Shown: one piece after another, positions 50,751 to 62,556 of the stretch | Numbering within the stretch: the stretch's first letter is position 1 | Layout: each line of letters begins with the position of its first letter | Assembly (NCBI GenBank): GCA_033723415.1 | Contig: JAWVXD010000001.1 | Coordinates: 320,001 to 384,000 of the forward strand | Length of the DNA stretch: 64,000 nt | Source: Sulfurospirillaceae bacterium | GTDB lineage: Bacteria > Campylobacterota > Campylobacteria > Campylobacterales > Sulfurospirillaceae | Reading direction: 5' to 3' | Notes under the pieces: generated by a model | What the model was told of the DNA's origin: nothing | Databases searched by the model: none | What the model saw: only the letters and a program-made list of their open reading frames with translations | Made by a program: the position numbers and the translations under genes

Positions 50751-51272
50751 TTAGCCCTCCCATCTTTTAAATAGATCATGTTTTATTCTAAGTGCATCAA
50801 ACCATTTTCCTATCAGAAAATCTTCCATATCATCTAAAGATTTTATATCTGCATAATATCCTAATATAGGTGGGGATATGATCACTCCCAAATGTGACAA
50901 CTTAGACATGTTATCTAAAGCTATAGCAGAAAATGGCATTTCTCTTGGAGCCAGCAACAAAGTTTTACGTTCTTTTATCATAACGCTTGCACTTCTAGTG
51001 ATAAGATTATCGCTTATACCGCAAGCAATTTTCGCTAAAGTATTCATGCTACAAGGTATGATAACCATAGCATCTGCACCAAATGAACCTGATGATACAG
51101 GAGCAGCTATATCACTGTTGTCAAAGAAAGTTCTATTGTCTTCTTTGCTTAAAACAGTAGAAGAGTTTTCAGAAAAAATAATATATTTTTCAATATCCCG
51201 TGGCAATTTCTTTATAAATTTTTCACCTAATCGAACTCCGCTAGCTCCGCTTATACCAATAACTAATTTCAT
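50751..51272 (-). CDS. ubiX: Flavin prenyltransferase UbiX
   Basis: GISGASG, SSGS, PCSMNTL, NLITR, PREMP. Confidence 0.93.
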   Translation of the reverse strand: MKLVIGISGASGVRLGEKFIKKLPRDIEKYIIFSENSSTVLSKEDNRTFFDNSDIAAPVSSGSFGADAMVIIPCSMNTLAKIACGISDNLITRSASVMIKERKTLLLAPREMPFSAIALDNMSKLSHLGVIISPPILGYYADIKSLDDMEDFLIGKWFDALRIKHDLFKRWEG

Positions 51273-51293
51273 TTTATTTTGTCCAATCTACTA

Positions 51294-52276
<983 letters not shown>

Positions 52277-52280
<4 letters not shown>

Positions 52281-53485
52281 AAAAATCCTTTAAAAAGTAT
52301 TATTTTTACCTCTTCATCTTTAGAAAATTCACTAGTCTTTTCATCTGTAACGAGTAAGGCATTGCTCTCAACTATAGGTAATATCATACCTGAGCCATAT
52401 TTATTTTCCATGGTTACAAAGAACTTTCCATCTTTATAGGTACCTAAAATGAGATTTGATCTATTTGGCTTTATCTTCAGGGATTCATTCATCTTAGCAA
52501 CTATAGTCTGATGACTAAAATCTATATTTCCTTGTATCTTTTTCAACATTGGGATTAAAAATAAAAATGCATTTACATAAGCAGCTAGAGGATTACCCGG
52601 CATTGAAGCAACAATAGTATTATCCATTTTACCTATCATTGTAGGACGACCAGGTTTAATATTTACGCCATGGAACAGAGGTTTAAGACCATTGAAGAGT
52701 AAAGCTTCTTCTACAAAATCAGCTTCACCCATACTGATTCCACCTGTTGTAACCAGAATATCATATCTTTTCATTTGTTGGAAATATGCCTTGCTCTGGT
52801 CTAAACTATCAGGTATTACACCACAATAATCAGCATCAAAACCAAACTCTTTAAACAAAGCAATAAGTGCAGATGAATTTACATTATATATCTCATCAGA
52901 TGCAGCTTCTTCCCAAGGCTCTTTTAATTCATTACCTGTAGAAAAAATTGCAATAGATGGTTTTCTATATACTTCAATTTGGGAAATACCTTGAGATGAG
53001 AGTAGGGCAATTCCTGAAGAATTAAGAAAAGTTCCTTGACTTAACAAGATCTTCCCCTCTGAAACTTCTTCACCTTTTTTTCTAAATGCATTTCCTTGTT
53101 TTATACTTTTTTTGATTTCTATATAGCTTTCATCATACAGTTCTGTATCTTCAAAACCGACTATAGTATCAACATCATCTGGAACTTTTGCTCCTGTCAT
53201 GATCTTATAACATTCATTTTTACCTAATGTAGTTTGACAATTACTACCTGCAAATATAGTATCTTTTATATATAATCTATCATTGATTTCTGAAAATTTA
53301 AAAGCATAGCCATCAAGTGCAGAATTATTAAAAGAAGGCAGATTCTTTTTGCATGGTATATCTTTTGCTACAACATATCCCAAAGCTTGAGAAAGAGGCA
53401 ACAATAAGCTTGAAGATTTATTATCAACTAATCCTAATAGTAGTTTTTTTGATTCTTCCAAAGAAACAGATGTTAGTTTTTGCAT
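52277..53485 (-). CDS. moeA: Molybdopterin molybdotransferase
   Basis: PSFNNSALDGYA, IMTGA, STGNEL, TGGISMG, KPGRP, PGNP. Confidence 0.95.
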
Positions 53486-53489
53486 ACAT

Positions 53490-54752
53490 TTACTCCTCTA
53501 ATCTTTCGATCTTTGCACCTAATGCAGAAAATTTTCCTTCCAAATTTTCATATCCTCTATCTAGATGATAAATTCTATGTATTTTGGTTGTACCATTTGC
53601 CACCAATGCTGCCAAGATAAGAGCCGAACTGGCTCTTAGATCTGTAGCCATGACATCTGCTGCATTTAAATCGGTATCACCTTCTATTGTAGCGCTATGT
53701 CCTTTTAATTTGATATTAGCGCCCATCCTTCCAAGCTCACTGACATGCATAAATCTATTTTCAAATAGTCTTTCATCAATAATACTAGTTCCTTTTGCTT
53801 GTGTGCAAAGGGCCATAAATTGTGCCTGCATATCCGTTGGAAAGCCTGGATATTCCGTTGTCTCTATATCACAGGATTTTATAACGTCAGCAGGAAGCAA
53901 AGTGATAGATTCTTGATCTATCTCTAAACCAAAACCCATCTGTTTTAATTTTAATGTAATAGATTCTAAATGTTTTGGTATGATATTAGTAATGGTAATT
54001 TCAGAATTGGTGATAGCTCCGGCACACAAATATGTACCTGCTTCTATACGATCAGGTATGACCTTGACGTCTTTCATATCCAACAGCTGACCGCAACTTC
54101 CTACTATACTAATATTTGAAGTGCCTATTCCTTCAAGTTTAACTCCGGCGTCTTTTAAGACTTCACATAACTGCACTACTTCCGGTTCTTTCGCTACGTT
54201 GACTAGATTTGTTACGCCATGAGCCAAACTTGCTGCCATTATAATATTTTCACTTCCAGTAACAGTCACTTTATCAAAGATAATGTTTGCTCCTACTAAA
54301 CCGTTTGGCGCTTTTGCCACTATATAACCTTGTTTGATCTCAATTTCGGCTCCCATTTGTTCTAAGGCTTTTAGGTGAAGGTCTATGGGTCTTTGTCCTA
54401 TCGCACATCCACCTGGAAGAGACACTTCGCAATGCCCAAAACGAGATAAAAGTGGCCCAAGAGTAAGTATTGATGCTCTCATCTTTCTGACAATATCATA
54501 ATTAGCGATAGCAGACTCTACCCCAGTCGTATCAACAGATACAGAGTTTTCTTTATGCGTAAAGATTGAACCTAAATTTTCCAACAGCTTTAGCAGTGTT
54601 TTAACGTCCGCAACATTAGGTAGATTAGAAAGCGTAACGTTGTTTTTTGATAAAAGAGTAGCAGCTAAAAGAGGAAGCGCCGAGTTTTTGGCCCCTGAAA
54701 TAGCAATTGAACCTTTTAGTTTTTGGTTTCCTTCAATAGACAAATAATGCAT
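53490..54752 (-). CDS. murA: UDP-N-acetylglucosamine 1-carboxyvinyltransferase
   Basis: [47 protein letters not shown]. Confidence 0.97.
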   Translation of the reverse strand: MHYLSIEGNQKLKGSIAISGAKNSALPLLAATLLSKNNVTLSNLPNVADVKTLLKLLENLGSIFTHKENSVSVDTTGVESAIANYDIVRKMRASILTLGPLLSRFGHCEVSLPGGCAIGQRPIDLHLKALEQMGAEIEIKQGYIVAKAPNGLVGANIIFDKVTVTGSENIIMAASLAHGVTNLVNVAKEPEVVQLCEVLKDAGVKLEGIGTSNISIVGSCGQLLDMKDVKVIPDRIEAGTYLCAGAITNSEITITNIIPKHLESITLKLKQMGFGLEIDQESITLLPADVIKSCDIETTEYPGFPTDMQAQFMALCTQAKGTSIIDERLFENRFMHVSELGRMGANIKLKGHSATIEGDTDLNAADVMATDLRASSALILAALVANGTTKIHRIYHLDRGYENLEGKFSALGAKIERLEE

Positions 54753-54911
54753 AAATATAATCCTTGATGTAATTAACTCAATATTGTATAAAAATTATAT
54801 TTAAACCTTGATATGTTCTATGTATATATAATAAGATAAATTTGCTATTTGATACAAATTTTCTTGATTAGCTTTTGGAAAAATTTATTTATTAGTTGAT
54901 ATAATTCAGAC

Positions 54912-55409
54912 ATGAAAAAAATATACTTGATAAGACATGCAAAATCTAGCTGGAAAAATGCGAATATTAGTGATTTTGACAGACCACTAAACAAAAGAGG
55001 CAAAGAAGATATTAAATTTATGTCCAAAAGATTAAAATTTTTTCGGATCATGCCTGATATAATCATATCCAGTCCTGCGAAAAGAGCTAAAAAAACAACT
55101 GAAGGCATTGCCTCAATCATAGGATATGATGAAAGTAAAATAGTATATCAACCGGCTCTATATGAATCTTCCTTTGAAACTTACATGGATTTAATCACAA
55201 ATATAGATGATTCATATAACTCTGTATTTTTAGTTGCACACAACCCTACATTAACAGAAGCAGGTGAGATGTTAAGTGGTGCAATACTCACAAATATTCC
55301 TACATGCTCGATTGTTTGTATTGAATTTGATATAAACTCCTTTGAAGATATAAAAGAGGGTAGTGGGAAAATATTATTTTTTGATTATCCTAAAAAACAT
55401 AGAAAATAA
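54912..55409 (+). CDS. sixA: SixA-like histidine phosphatase
   Basis: LIRHAKS, DFDRPLNKRG, SSPAKRA, VAHNP. Confidence 0.85.
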   Translation: MKKIYLIRHAKSSWKNANISDFDRPLNKRGKEDIKFMSKRLKFFRIMPDIIISSPAKRAKKTTEGIASIIGYDESKIVYQPALYESSFETYMDLITNIDDSYNSVFLVAHNPTLTEAGEMLSGAILTNIPTCSIVCIEFDINSFEDIKEGSGKILFFDYPKKHRK

Positions 55410-55738
55410 AAAATAAAATTCCTCTCCAAGATTTTTTATACACAAGATCTAAAATTCTCTTTTTGTTTGTTAGTAACACATTTTTTACTCATAACTTATA
55501 AAATTTAAAATACATATAATTTTACATATAATTTTCCAATATGCCTAAATTTAGGGCTTAAAAGGTCTTATAATTACGGTTTTTTCATCAACTAACATGT
55601 TAGTAATTACATATATTTTAAGATAATGTTTCACGCAAAAACAAAGAAGAAATATGAAAAATATGCTAAAAACACATCTCTATCTAACTTTATTTAAATA
55701 AAAAGAATGTATAATTATCTCCACTTAAAAGGAGTCAT

Positions 55739-56020
55739 ATGTTATACGAAGATGAAGATGATTATTTTGTTGGTAGTCCAAAGAGTAAATTTTTTGATAT
55801 AGTTTTTAATGCAAATCGATCTTTAGTAGAAGAATCCATATCAGGAATTGTAGAAAGATATAGCGCAATGGAATTACTATTGGAAGAATTTATACAGGAT
55901 GAGAGAGAATTAGAATATCGAATAAATGAGATAAAAAACGATAGAAGTGATGAGCTTGTAAATAGAAACAACAGCTTATATATCTTAGCAACAGGTGAAG
56001 TTTTAACTCAGCATGAGTAA
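55739..56020 (+). CDS. DUF2018-family protein
   Basis: GSPKSKFFDIVFNAN motif; position upstream of ispB-hemA as in Campylobacter. Confidence 0.8.
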   Translation: MLYEDEDDYFVGSPKSKFFDIVFNANRSLVEESISGIVERYSAMELLLEEFIQDERELEYRINEIKNDRSDELVNRNNSLYILATGEVLTQHE

Positions 56021-56453
56021 AAAAATTTTTCTCATAACTCTTTTGCTTGCGAGTATTACATTTGCAAAAAGTCAAAAGATGTGGGAACATCAGCATAGTT
56101 TTGTACTGAAAAAAGACCAAGTTGCCAATATTTATATTGATGAGATAAATATAAAAAATAAGCAAAAAAATAGTTCCTACTTGTTAAAATTCAAATGGGT
56201 AGTATATGAAAACGGTAGTTTGATTTTATTGCTAAATTATATGGGATATCCACATCAATATATATTGAAAAGAGAAAGATCACTAGAGAGTGTTAAAATT
56301 AAGTTGCTAAGTGATCTTAACGGATTTAACAGTGAAGTTTACGCTCTTATCAATTTCTCTAATTTTAACAAAAGTAAGCAGCTTGCCGGTCTTAATGTTT
56401 ATATTAAAGATATGAAAAAAAGAGTGCTGACAAAATTCATAGATCCAAAATAG
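56013..56453 (+). CDS. Exported hypothetical protein
   Basis: Signal peptide; overlaps upstream stop; operon position. Confidence 0.75.
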   Translation: MSKKIFLITLLLASITFAKSQKMWEHQHSFVLKKDQVANIYIDEINIKNKQKNSSYLLKFKWVVYENGSLILLLNYMGYPHQYILKRERSLESVKIKLLSDLNGFNSEVYALINFSNFNKSKQLAGLNVYIKDMKKRVLTKFIDPK

Positions 56454-56477
56454 GATATCAAAAAGTAAGGATACGTA

Positions 56478-57374
56478 TTGTTGAGAAAAGTAGAAACAAT
56501 CATGAAAGAGTATATAACTTCTCTAAATGACAAAAACAGTCTTGATCTATTTGAAAAAGTTCCAAAAGGCAAAAGATTAAGAGCGAAATTGATACTAAAG
56601 ATTGCAGGAGAAAGTGAAGAAGCATACAAATTAGCAGCAATAGTTGAGTTGATCCATGCTGCCAGTCTTCTTCATGATGATGTGATAGATGATGCCTTGA
56701 CACGAAGAGGAGAAGATTCTATCAATGCCATTTTCGGTGACAAGACTTCTATAATGTTGGGAGATATTTTATATTCAAAGGCATTTACTGAATTGACGAA
56801 CTTTTCAAATGCTATTGCCTATAAAATATCAAATGCCGTAGCTCTACTATCTGTTGGAGAGCTTCTTGATGTAGAATTATCAAAAAATTTCAACAACAAC
56901 GAGAAGCTTTATTTTGACATGATATATAAAAAAACAGCCTCATTAATAGAAGCCGCATCAGCCAGTGCAGCCTTATTATCAAATAAAAATGTTGAGACAT
57001 ATGAAACCTACGGTAAAAACCTTGGATTGGCATTTCAAGTTATAGATGACGTTCTAGACATAACACAAAGCAGTGAAAAGCTAGGAAAACCTTCATTAAA
57101 TGACTTTAAAGAAGGGAAAACGACATTGCCTTACCTTTATCTTTATCAAAGAATAAACAATGAGGATAAGCAGAAATTGCAGGACTTGTTTAAAAAGGAT
57201 TTAGAGAAAGATGATAAAATTTGGATTAAAAATAGAATGAAGGAGACTTCAAGCTTGAATGACTCGATTCAATATGCCAAGAACCTTGGTTTGAGAGCAT
57301 TAAATGCGATACAAAATGAACAAAATGAAGATTTAAGCAGGATAATAAAAGAAATGATCGAGAGAGAATTTTAA
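56478..57374 (+). CDS. ispB: Polyprenyl (octaprenyl) diphosphate synthase
   Basis: GKRLR, LHDDVIDD..RRG, KTA, FQVIDDVLD. Confidence 0.9.
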   Translation: MLRKVETIMKEYITSLNDKNSLDLFEKVPKGKRLRAKLILKIAGESEEAYKLAAIVELIHAASLLHDDVIDDALTRRGEDSINAIFGDKTSIMLGDILYSKAFTELTNFSNAIAYKISNAVALLSVGELLDVELSKNFNNNEKLYFDMIYKKTASLIEAASASAALLSNKNVETYETYGKNLGLAFQVIDDVLDITQSSEKLGKPSLNDFKEGKTTLPYLYLYQRINNEDKQKLQDLFKKDLEKDDKIWIKNRMKETSSLNDSIQYAKNLGLRALNAIQNEQNEDLSRIIKEMIEREF

Positions 57375-58681
57375 TGCATTATCTTACTATAAGCTTTACC
57401 CACAAAAATACTGATATTGCAGTCAGAGAAAAACTAGCACTAAGCGATAAAGAGAAATGCAAAAATTTCCAAGAGATCTTGAATCATTTTGACTCTATAA
57501 ATGAATCCATTGTACTTTCTACTTGTAATAGAGTAGAGATTATTTTAAGCGTTCAAAACTGTGATGAGACAACAAAACTTGTACTTGAAGCACTAAGCCA
57601 AATCAGTGGAGTACCCCTACAGGAGTTAGAAGAAAGAGCAGATGTTTATGAAGATAATGGAGCAATTTTTCATCTATTCTCTGTTATATCTTCATTGGAC
57701 AGTTTGGTCATAGGAGAAACACAGATAGTAGGGCAGCTTAAGGATGCATATAGATTTTCTTTTGACAATGGTCTTTGCGATCAAAAACTTAGTCGTGCAA
57801 TGCATCATGCATTTAAATGCGCCGCATCCGTTAGAAGTAATACTGAAATTTCAAAAAGTTCCGTTTCCGTCTCTAGCGTAGCCGTTTCTATGGCAAAAGA
57901 TCTACTTGGGAACGATCTAGGCGGTTCCACTGCATTGGTCATTGGGGCAGGCGAGATGAGTAGATTGGCTGCAAAGCACTTGATAGCAAATGGCGTAAAT
58001 GTCATTATTATCAATAGAGATGCAGAGCATGCTAAAGCTCTGGCTGATGAATTAGGTGAAATGGCTAGCATAGCTCCTTTCTCAAAATTAACAGATTATA
58101 TCAACAGATACAAATTATTATTTAGCGCAACCGGTGCGCCGCATACTATAATTACCGAAGATCTGATTGAAGAGCGAGAATTTCAGAGATATTGGTTTGA
58201 TATTGCAATGCCTAGAGATATAGAAGATTGTAATATAGACAATATCAATATTTATGCAGTAGATGATTTAAAAGACTTGGTGCAAAAAAACCTTGCACAA
58301 AGAGAAGAACAAGCTAAAATAGCATACTCAATAGTCGGCAAAGCAACAATGGAATTTTTTAAATGGCTTCAGACTTTATGCATTGATCCGATCATCAAAG
58401 AGATTAGAGACAAAGCTCAAGATTGTGCGATCTATGAACTAAACAGAGCTATAAAAAAAGGTTTTATTGACGAATCACAGAAAGAAGCGATCAAAAAAAT
58501 ATTGCATCATTCTTTTAATTCCTTTTTACATACACCGACTAAGAAATTAAAAGGTATTGCAGATTCATCTGAAGCCGATGTGGTTGTACAATCGGTTCAG
58601 TACATCTTCGATATAAATGAAGATCAATCAAAAAAATTAAATATGTATAAATGCGAATACCAAATGGAGGATAATGCATGA
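57374..58681 (+). CDS. hemA: Glutamyl-tRNA reductase
   Basis: LSTCNRVE, SLDSLVIGETQIVGQLK, IGAGEM, DIAMPRD. Confidence 0.96.
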   Translation: MHYLTISFTHKNTDIAVREKLALSDKEKCKNFQEILNHFDSINESIVLSTCNRVEIILSVQNCDETTKLVLEALSQISGVPLQELEERADVYEDNGAIFHLFSVISSLDSLVIGETQIVGQLKDAYRFSFDNGLCDQKLSRAMHHAFKCAASVRSNTEISKSSVSVSSVAVSMAKDLLGNDLGGSTALVIGAGEMSRLAAKHLIANGVNVIIINRDAEHAKALADELGEMASIAPFSKLTDYINRYKLLFSATGAPHTIITEDLIEEREFQRYWFDIAMPRDIEDCNIDNINIYAVDDLKDLVQKNLAQREEQAKIAYSIVGKATMEFFKWLQTLCIDPIIKEIRDKAQDCAIYELNRAIKKGFIDESQKEAIKKILHHSFNSFLHTPTKKLKGIADSSEADVVVQSVQYIFDINEDQSKKLNMYKCEYQMEDNA

Positions 58682-60390
58682 GATTTTCAAAGTTATATGC
58701 CCCTACGACGAAAGATGCGCCAAAAGATGCGACGCTTCCAAGTCACAAATTTCTTTTACGAGCAGGATTTGTAACTCAAAGCGGAAGCGGGCTGTATAGC
58801 TTTTTACCGCTTGGCAAAATTGTCTTAGACAAAATCAGACGAATTGTCAAAGAAGAGATGGATAAATCAGGTGCACAAGAGATAGAGATGGGTGTCGTAG
58901 TTTCAGCAGACCTTTGGAAACAAAGCGGTAGATATGATGTATTTGGGAAAGAACTCTTAAGATTTAAAGACAGGAAGAACAATGAATTTGTCTTGGGCCC
59001 GACACATGAAGAAGTTGTCGTAGATATCGTCAAAAATATCATCACGAGCTACAAACAGCTACCACTTCATTTATATCAAATCACAACAAAATTCAGAGAT
59101 GAAGCAAGACCTAGATTCGGACTCTTGCGAGGTCGAGAATTTATTATGAAAGACGGCTATAGTTTTCATGACAGTGAAGAATCTCTCAAAGAAGAGTTCA
59201 ATGTAATGGAAGAGACTTATACAAAAATCTTCAATAGATTAGGTCTAGATTTTAGGGCAGTAGATGCTGACAGCGGAGCGATAGGCGGAAGTGGAAGCAA
59301 AGAGTTTATGGTACTTGCCGATAATGGAGAAGATGATATTGTAGTTTGTAGTAAATGCCAATATGCTGCCAATGTCGAAGCTGCTAAAAGAGCTAAAAAA
59401 ACAACTTCTGTAGAAGCTCCTATTGCTGATTTTGCCAAATTCCATACGCCTACCCCGGTAAAAGACAGTATAAGACATATAGCAGAATTTTTTAAAGTAG
59501 ATGAGTTTTACACAATCAAATCAGTCATAAAAAAAGCTATTTTTAAAGATGAAGAGAAAATTATATCTTTCTTTATTAGAGGGAATGACACATTACAAGA
59601 GACAAAAGCTCTCAATGCCTGTGGAGCATTGGAGTTAGTTGATGCCAGCGAAGAAGAAGTAAAGAATGCAGGTTTCAATCCAGGCTTTTGTGGACCTGTG
59701 GGATTAAATGAGGATGCTGAATTTTATATTGATAATGAACTAAAAGAAGAAAAAGACTTGATCTGTGGTGCGAACGAAGATGAATACCATTTTGTTGGCG
59801 TTTCTATGTTCAATTTCAAAGATTCAAGATACAAAGACCTAGTACAGGTTGATGAAGGAGATCTTTGCCCTAGCTGTGGTGAAAAACTCCATATTACAAA
59901 AGGTATAGAAGTAGGACACATCTTTCAATTAGGACAAAAATATGCATCGGCTATGGATGCAAATTTCTTAGATAACAATGGTAAATCCAAGCCTTTTTAT
60001 ATGGGATGTTACGGCATAGGCGTAAGTAGATTGGTGGCTGTTATGATTGAGGCAAGTCATGATGAGAAAGGATGTATTTGGAACAAGCAAACTGCTCCTT
60101 ATCTACTAGATATCATTATATCAAATGCAAAAGACGAAACGCAAAATACTTTTGCAAATAACATATATGCAAAATTGCAAGAAAAGAACATAAATGTTTT
60201 ATTGGATGACAGAAAAGAGAGATTTGGTTTTAAGATGGGAGATTTTGAACTTATCGGCTTCCCTTACGCTCTTATTGTAGGGAAAGGATTGGAAAACGAT
60301 GAAGTTGAACTGATAGATAGGGAGACTTTGGAGAAACAAAAAATCAAAACATCTGATATCTTGCAAAAATTAGAGGAAATTTTATCTTGA
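58678..60390 (+). CDS. proS: Proline--tRNA ligase
   Basis: GPTHEE, KFRDEARPRFGLLRGREF, GIEVGHIFQLG, MGCYGIG. Confidence 0.97.
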   Translation: MRFSKLYAPTTKDAPKDATLPSHKFLLRAGFVTQSGSGLYSFLPLGKIVLDKIRRIVKEEMDKSGAQEIEMGVVVSADLWKQSGRYDVFGKELLRFKDRKNNEFVLGPTHEEVVVDIVKNIITSYKQLPLHLYQITTKFRDEARPRFGLLRGREFIMKDGYSFHDSEESLKEEFNVMEETYTKIFNRLGLDFRAVDADSGAIGGSGSKEFMVLADNGEDDIVVCSKCQYAANVEAAKRAKKTTSVEAPIADFAKFHTPTPVKDSIRHIAEFFKVDEFYTIKSVIKKAIFKDEEKIISFFIRGNDTLQETKALNACGALELVDASEEEVKNAGFNPGFCGPVGLNEDAEFYIDNELKEEKDLICGANEDEYHFVGVSMFNFKDSRYKDLVQVDEGDLCPSCGEKLHITKGIEVGHIFQLGQKYASAMDANFLDNNGKSKPFYMGCYGIGVSRLVAVMIEASHDEKGCIWNKQTAPYLLDIIISNAKDETQNTFANNIYAKLQEKNINVLLDDRKERFGFKMGDFELIGFPYALIVGKGLENDEVELIDRETLEKQKIKTSDILQKLEEILS

Positions 60391-60800
60391 TATATTTTCT
60401 CATATATTTATTTTTAGAAGTCACATTTAGTGTCAATATTGCCTCGGGAATTGGAGCTTTTGCTACATTTGCCGAGATTATTATTTCTGCCATGATAGGA
60501 TTTGCTTTACTTGCAAACTTTAGGTACACTTTTTTTGAAACGATACAAGCACTAAATAACAGATCTATTTCGATAGAAGAGTTTCAGAAATTAAACGCTT
60601 TCTCTGTCATAGGAGCACTTTTACTTATATTACCCGGTTTTTTTAGCGATCTGTTGGGTATATTACTTCAATTTAGTTTTTTTGCAACTATTTTTGCAAG
60701 AAAGATTTTAAACGTAAACGATGAAAAACAAAAATTTAACCAGAGGAGAGACGATGAAGTCATTGATGTTGAGATTATTGACGATAATTCTGCTAAGTAG
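60387..60800 (+). CDS. fxsA: FxsA-family membrane protein
   Basis: GALLLILPGFFSD motif; C-terminal VIDVE. Confidence 0.85.
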   Translation: MIYFLIYLFLEVTFSVNIASGIGAFATFAEIIISAMIGFALLANFRYTFFETIQALNNRSISIEEFQKLNAFSVIGALLLILPGFFSDLLGILLQFSFFATIFARKILNVNDEKQKFNQRRDDEVIDVEIIDDNSAK

Positions 60801-61602
60801 CACTATATTACTTGCACAGAACACAAACAATATAGAATCAAAGTTAATTAATTTTATAGATAAAGCAGTAAACACGGGCAAGAATTATAAATTTGTAAAA
60901 GCTGAGATATCACACAGTGAAGATGTTCCAAATATGAAAGGTTGGAAAGCTTACTTTTTAAAAATGGATTTACAGATACTCAGCCAAAAAAGAAATATCT
61001 CCGTAAAAGATATAATTTTTTCAAACGGTCAATTCATAAGCAAAGACTTTATAAATATGAATACAGGTAGAAGTATCAAAAGTGATTTTTCATTTCCTGC
61101 AAGTGCAAAACTATATGATGACACACATTTTCTACTAGGCAATAAAAATGCTAAGAACAAATTGATTCTGTTTAGTGATCCTTTATGTCCGTTTTGTATG
61201 GATTTTGTACCGGATTTAGTAAATTTTGTAGAAAAACATCCTAAGCAATTTGCTCTGTATTATTATTATTTCCCATTGTCTATTCATCCTGGAAGCCAAT
61301 ATTTAGTAAGAGCTATTTTGGCAACAAAGAAAATAAAACATATAAAAGATTTGGATAAAAAAGTCTATTCAATGGCCTTTGATTTTCCAAAAGCAAGTGA
61401 AGATGAAGTCATCAACCAATTCAATAAAGCCTTTGATACAAATCTTACAAAAGCAGAATTAAATACCAAAGATATAACTGAACGTATAAATTATGATATG
61501 AAAGTCGCAAATGATCTTATGGTAAGAGGAACTCCGACTTTATATGTAAACGGTAAAAAAGATCCATCAAGATCAATATATAAAAAATTAGTAAAAGAGT
61601 AG
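60754..61602 (+). CDS. Periplasmic DsbA/DsbC-like thioredoxin-fold protein
   Basis: Signal peptide; [25 protein letters not shown] 60754 after GAGGAG. Confidence 0.85.
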   Translation: MKSLMLRLLTIILLSSTILLAQNTNNIESKLINFIDKAVNTGKNYKFVKAEISHSEDVPNMKGWKAYFLKMDLQILSQKRNISVKDIIFSNGQFISKDFINMNTGRSIKSDFSFPASAKLYDDTHFLLGNKNAKNKLILFSDPLCPFCMDFVPDLVNFVEKHPKQFALYYYYFPLSIHPGSQYLVRAILATKKIKHIKDLDKKVYSMAFDFPKASEDEVINQFNKAFDTNLTKAELNTKDITERINYDMKVANDLMVRGTPTLYVNGKKDPSRSIYKKLVKE

Positions 61603-61604
61603 AT

Positions 61605-62555
61605 ATGAGAAAATTGATCATTGCCACACGAGGCAGTAAATTAGCTCTATGGCAAGCTGAACATATAAAAGATGTTTTAGAAGAGCTACACAACGGACTT
61701 GAGGTAGATTTAAAGATCATGAAGACAAAAGGCGACAAGATATTGGATACTCCTCTTGCAAAGATTGGCGGCAAAGGACTTTTTACAAAAGAGTTAGAAG
61801 AATCTATGCTAAGAGGCGAAGCTCATATAGCTGTTCATAGTTTAAAAGACGTTCCTGTAGTTTTTCCTGATGGTCTTAAGCTAGCTGTCATAACCAAGAG
61901 AGCAGATGTTCGAGATGCCATGTTATCTGAGAAATATGCTACTTTGGATGATTTACCAAAAGGTGCCATAATAGGTACGACAAGCCTAAGAAGAAGGATG
62001 CAGCTCTTAGAGACGAGACCTGATCTAAAAATCAAAAATCTTAGAGGTAACGTCAATACAAGAATAAGAAAATTAAAAGATGGTGAATTTGATGCGATTA
62101 TTTTAGCAAGCGCTGGAATAAAGAGGCTTGGGCTTGAAAATGAAGTAAAGTACTTTTACCCGATAGACCAAAGCATCATGATACCTGCTTCAGGACAGGC
62201 AGCCCTTGGTATAGAGATAGTAGACGATCCTGAAATCGAAAAACTTGTAAGCGTTTTAAACGATCCAACTGCTATAATAGAAACTGAGATCGAGCGAGAA
62301 TTTGTAAGAAAGTTAGAAGGTGGATGTCAAGTTCCTATAGGTATCAATGCGCACTTAAATGGAGATATTATTGATATATCTTGCCTTATAGGTATGCCTG
62401 ATGGTACAGAGATACTAAAAGAGAAAATACAAATCTCAAAAGATGAATATAAAGGTATAGGCTCAGTATTGGCACAAAAGATGATAGACTCAGGGGCCAG
62501 AGATATACTAAAAAAAGCCGAAGATATGGCTTTAAATGTAATTTTTGAGGGATAA
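61605..62555 (+). CDS. hemC: Hydroxymethylbilane synthase
   Basis: [42 protein letters not shown]. Confidence 0.97.
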   Translation: MRKLIIATRGSKLALWQAEHIKDVLEELHNGLEVDLKIMKTKGDKILDTPLAKIGGKGLFTKELEESMLRGEAHIAVHSLKDVPVVFPDGLKLAVITKRADVRDAMLSEKYATLDDLPKGAIIGTTSLRRRMQLLETRPDLKIKNLRGNVNTRIRKLKDGEFDAIILASAGIKRLGLENEVKYFYPIDQSIMIPASGQAALGIEIVDDPEIEKLVSVLNDPTAIIETEIEREFVRKLEGGCQVPIGINAHLNGDIIDISCLIGMPDGTEILKEKIQISKDEYKGIGSVLAQKMIDSGARDILKKAEDMALNVIFEG

Positions 62556-62556
62556 C

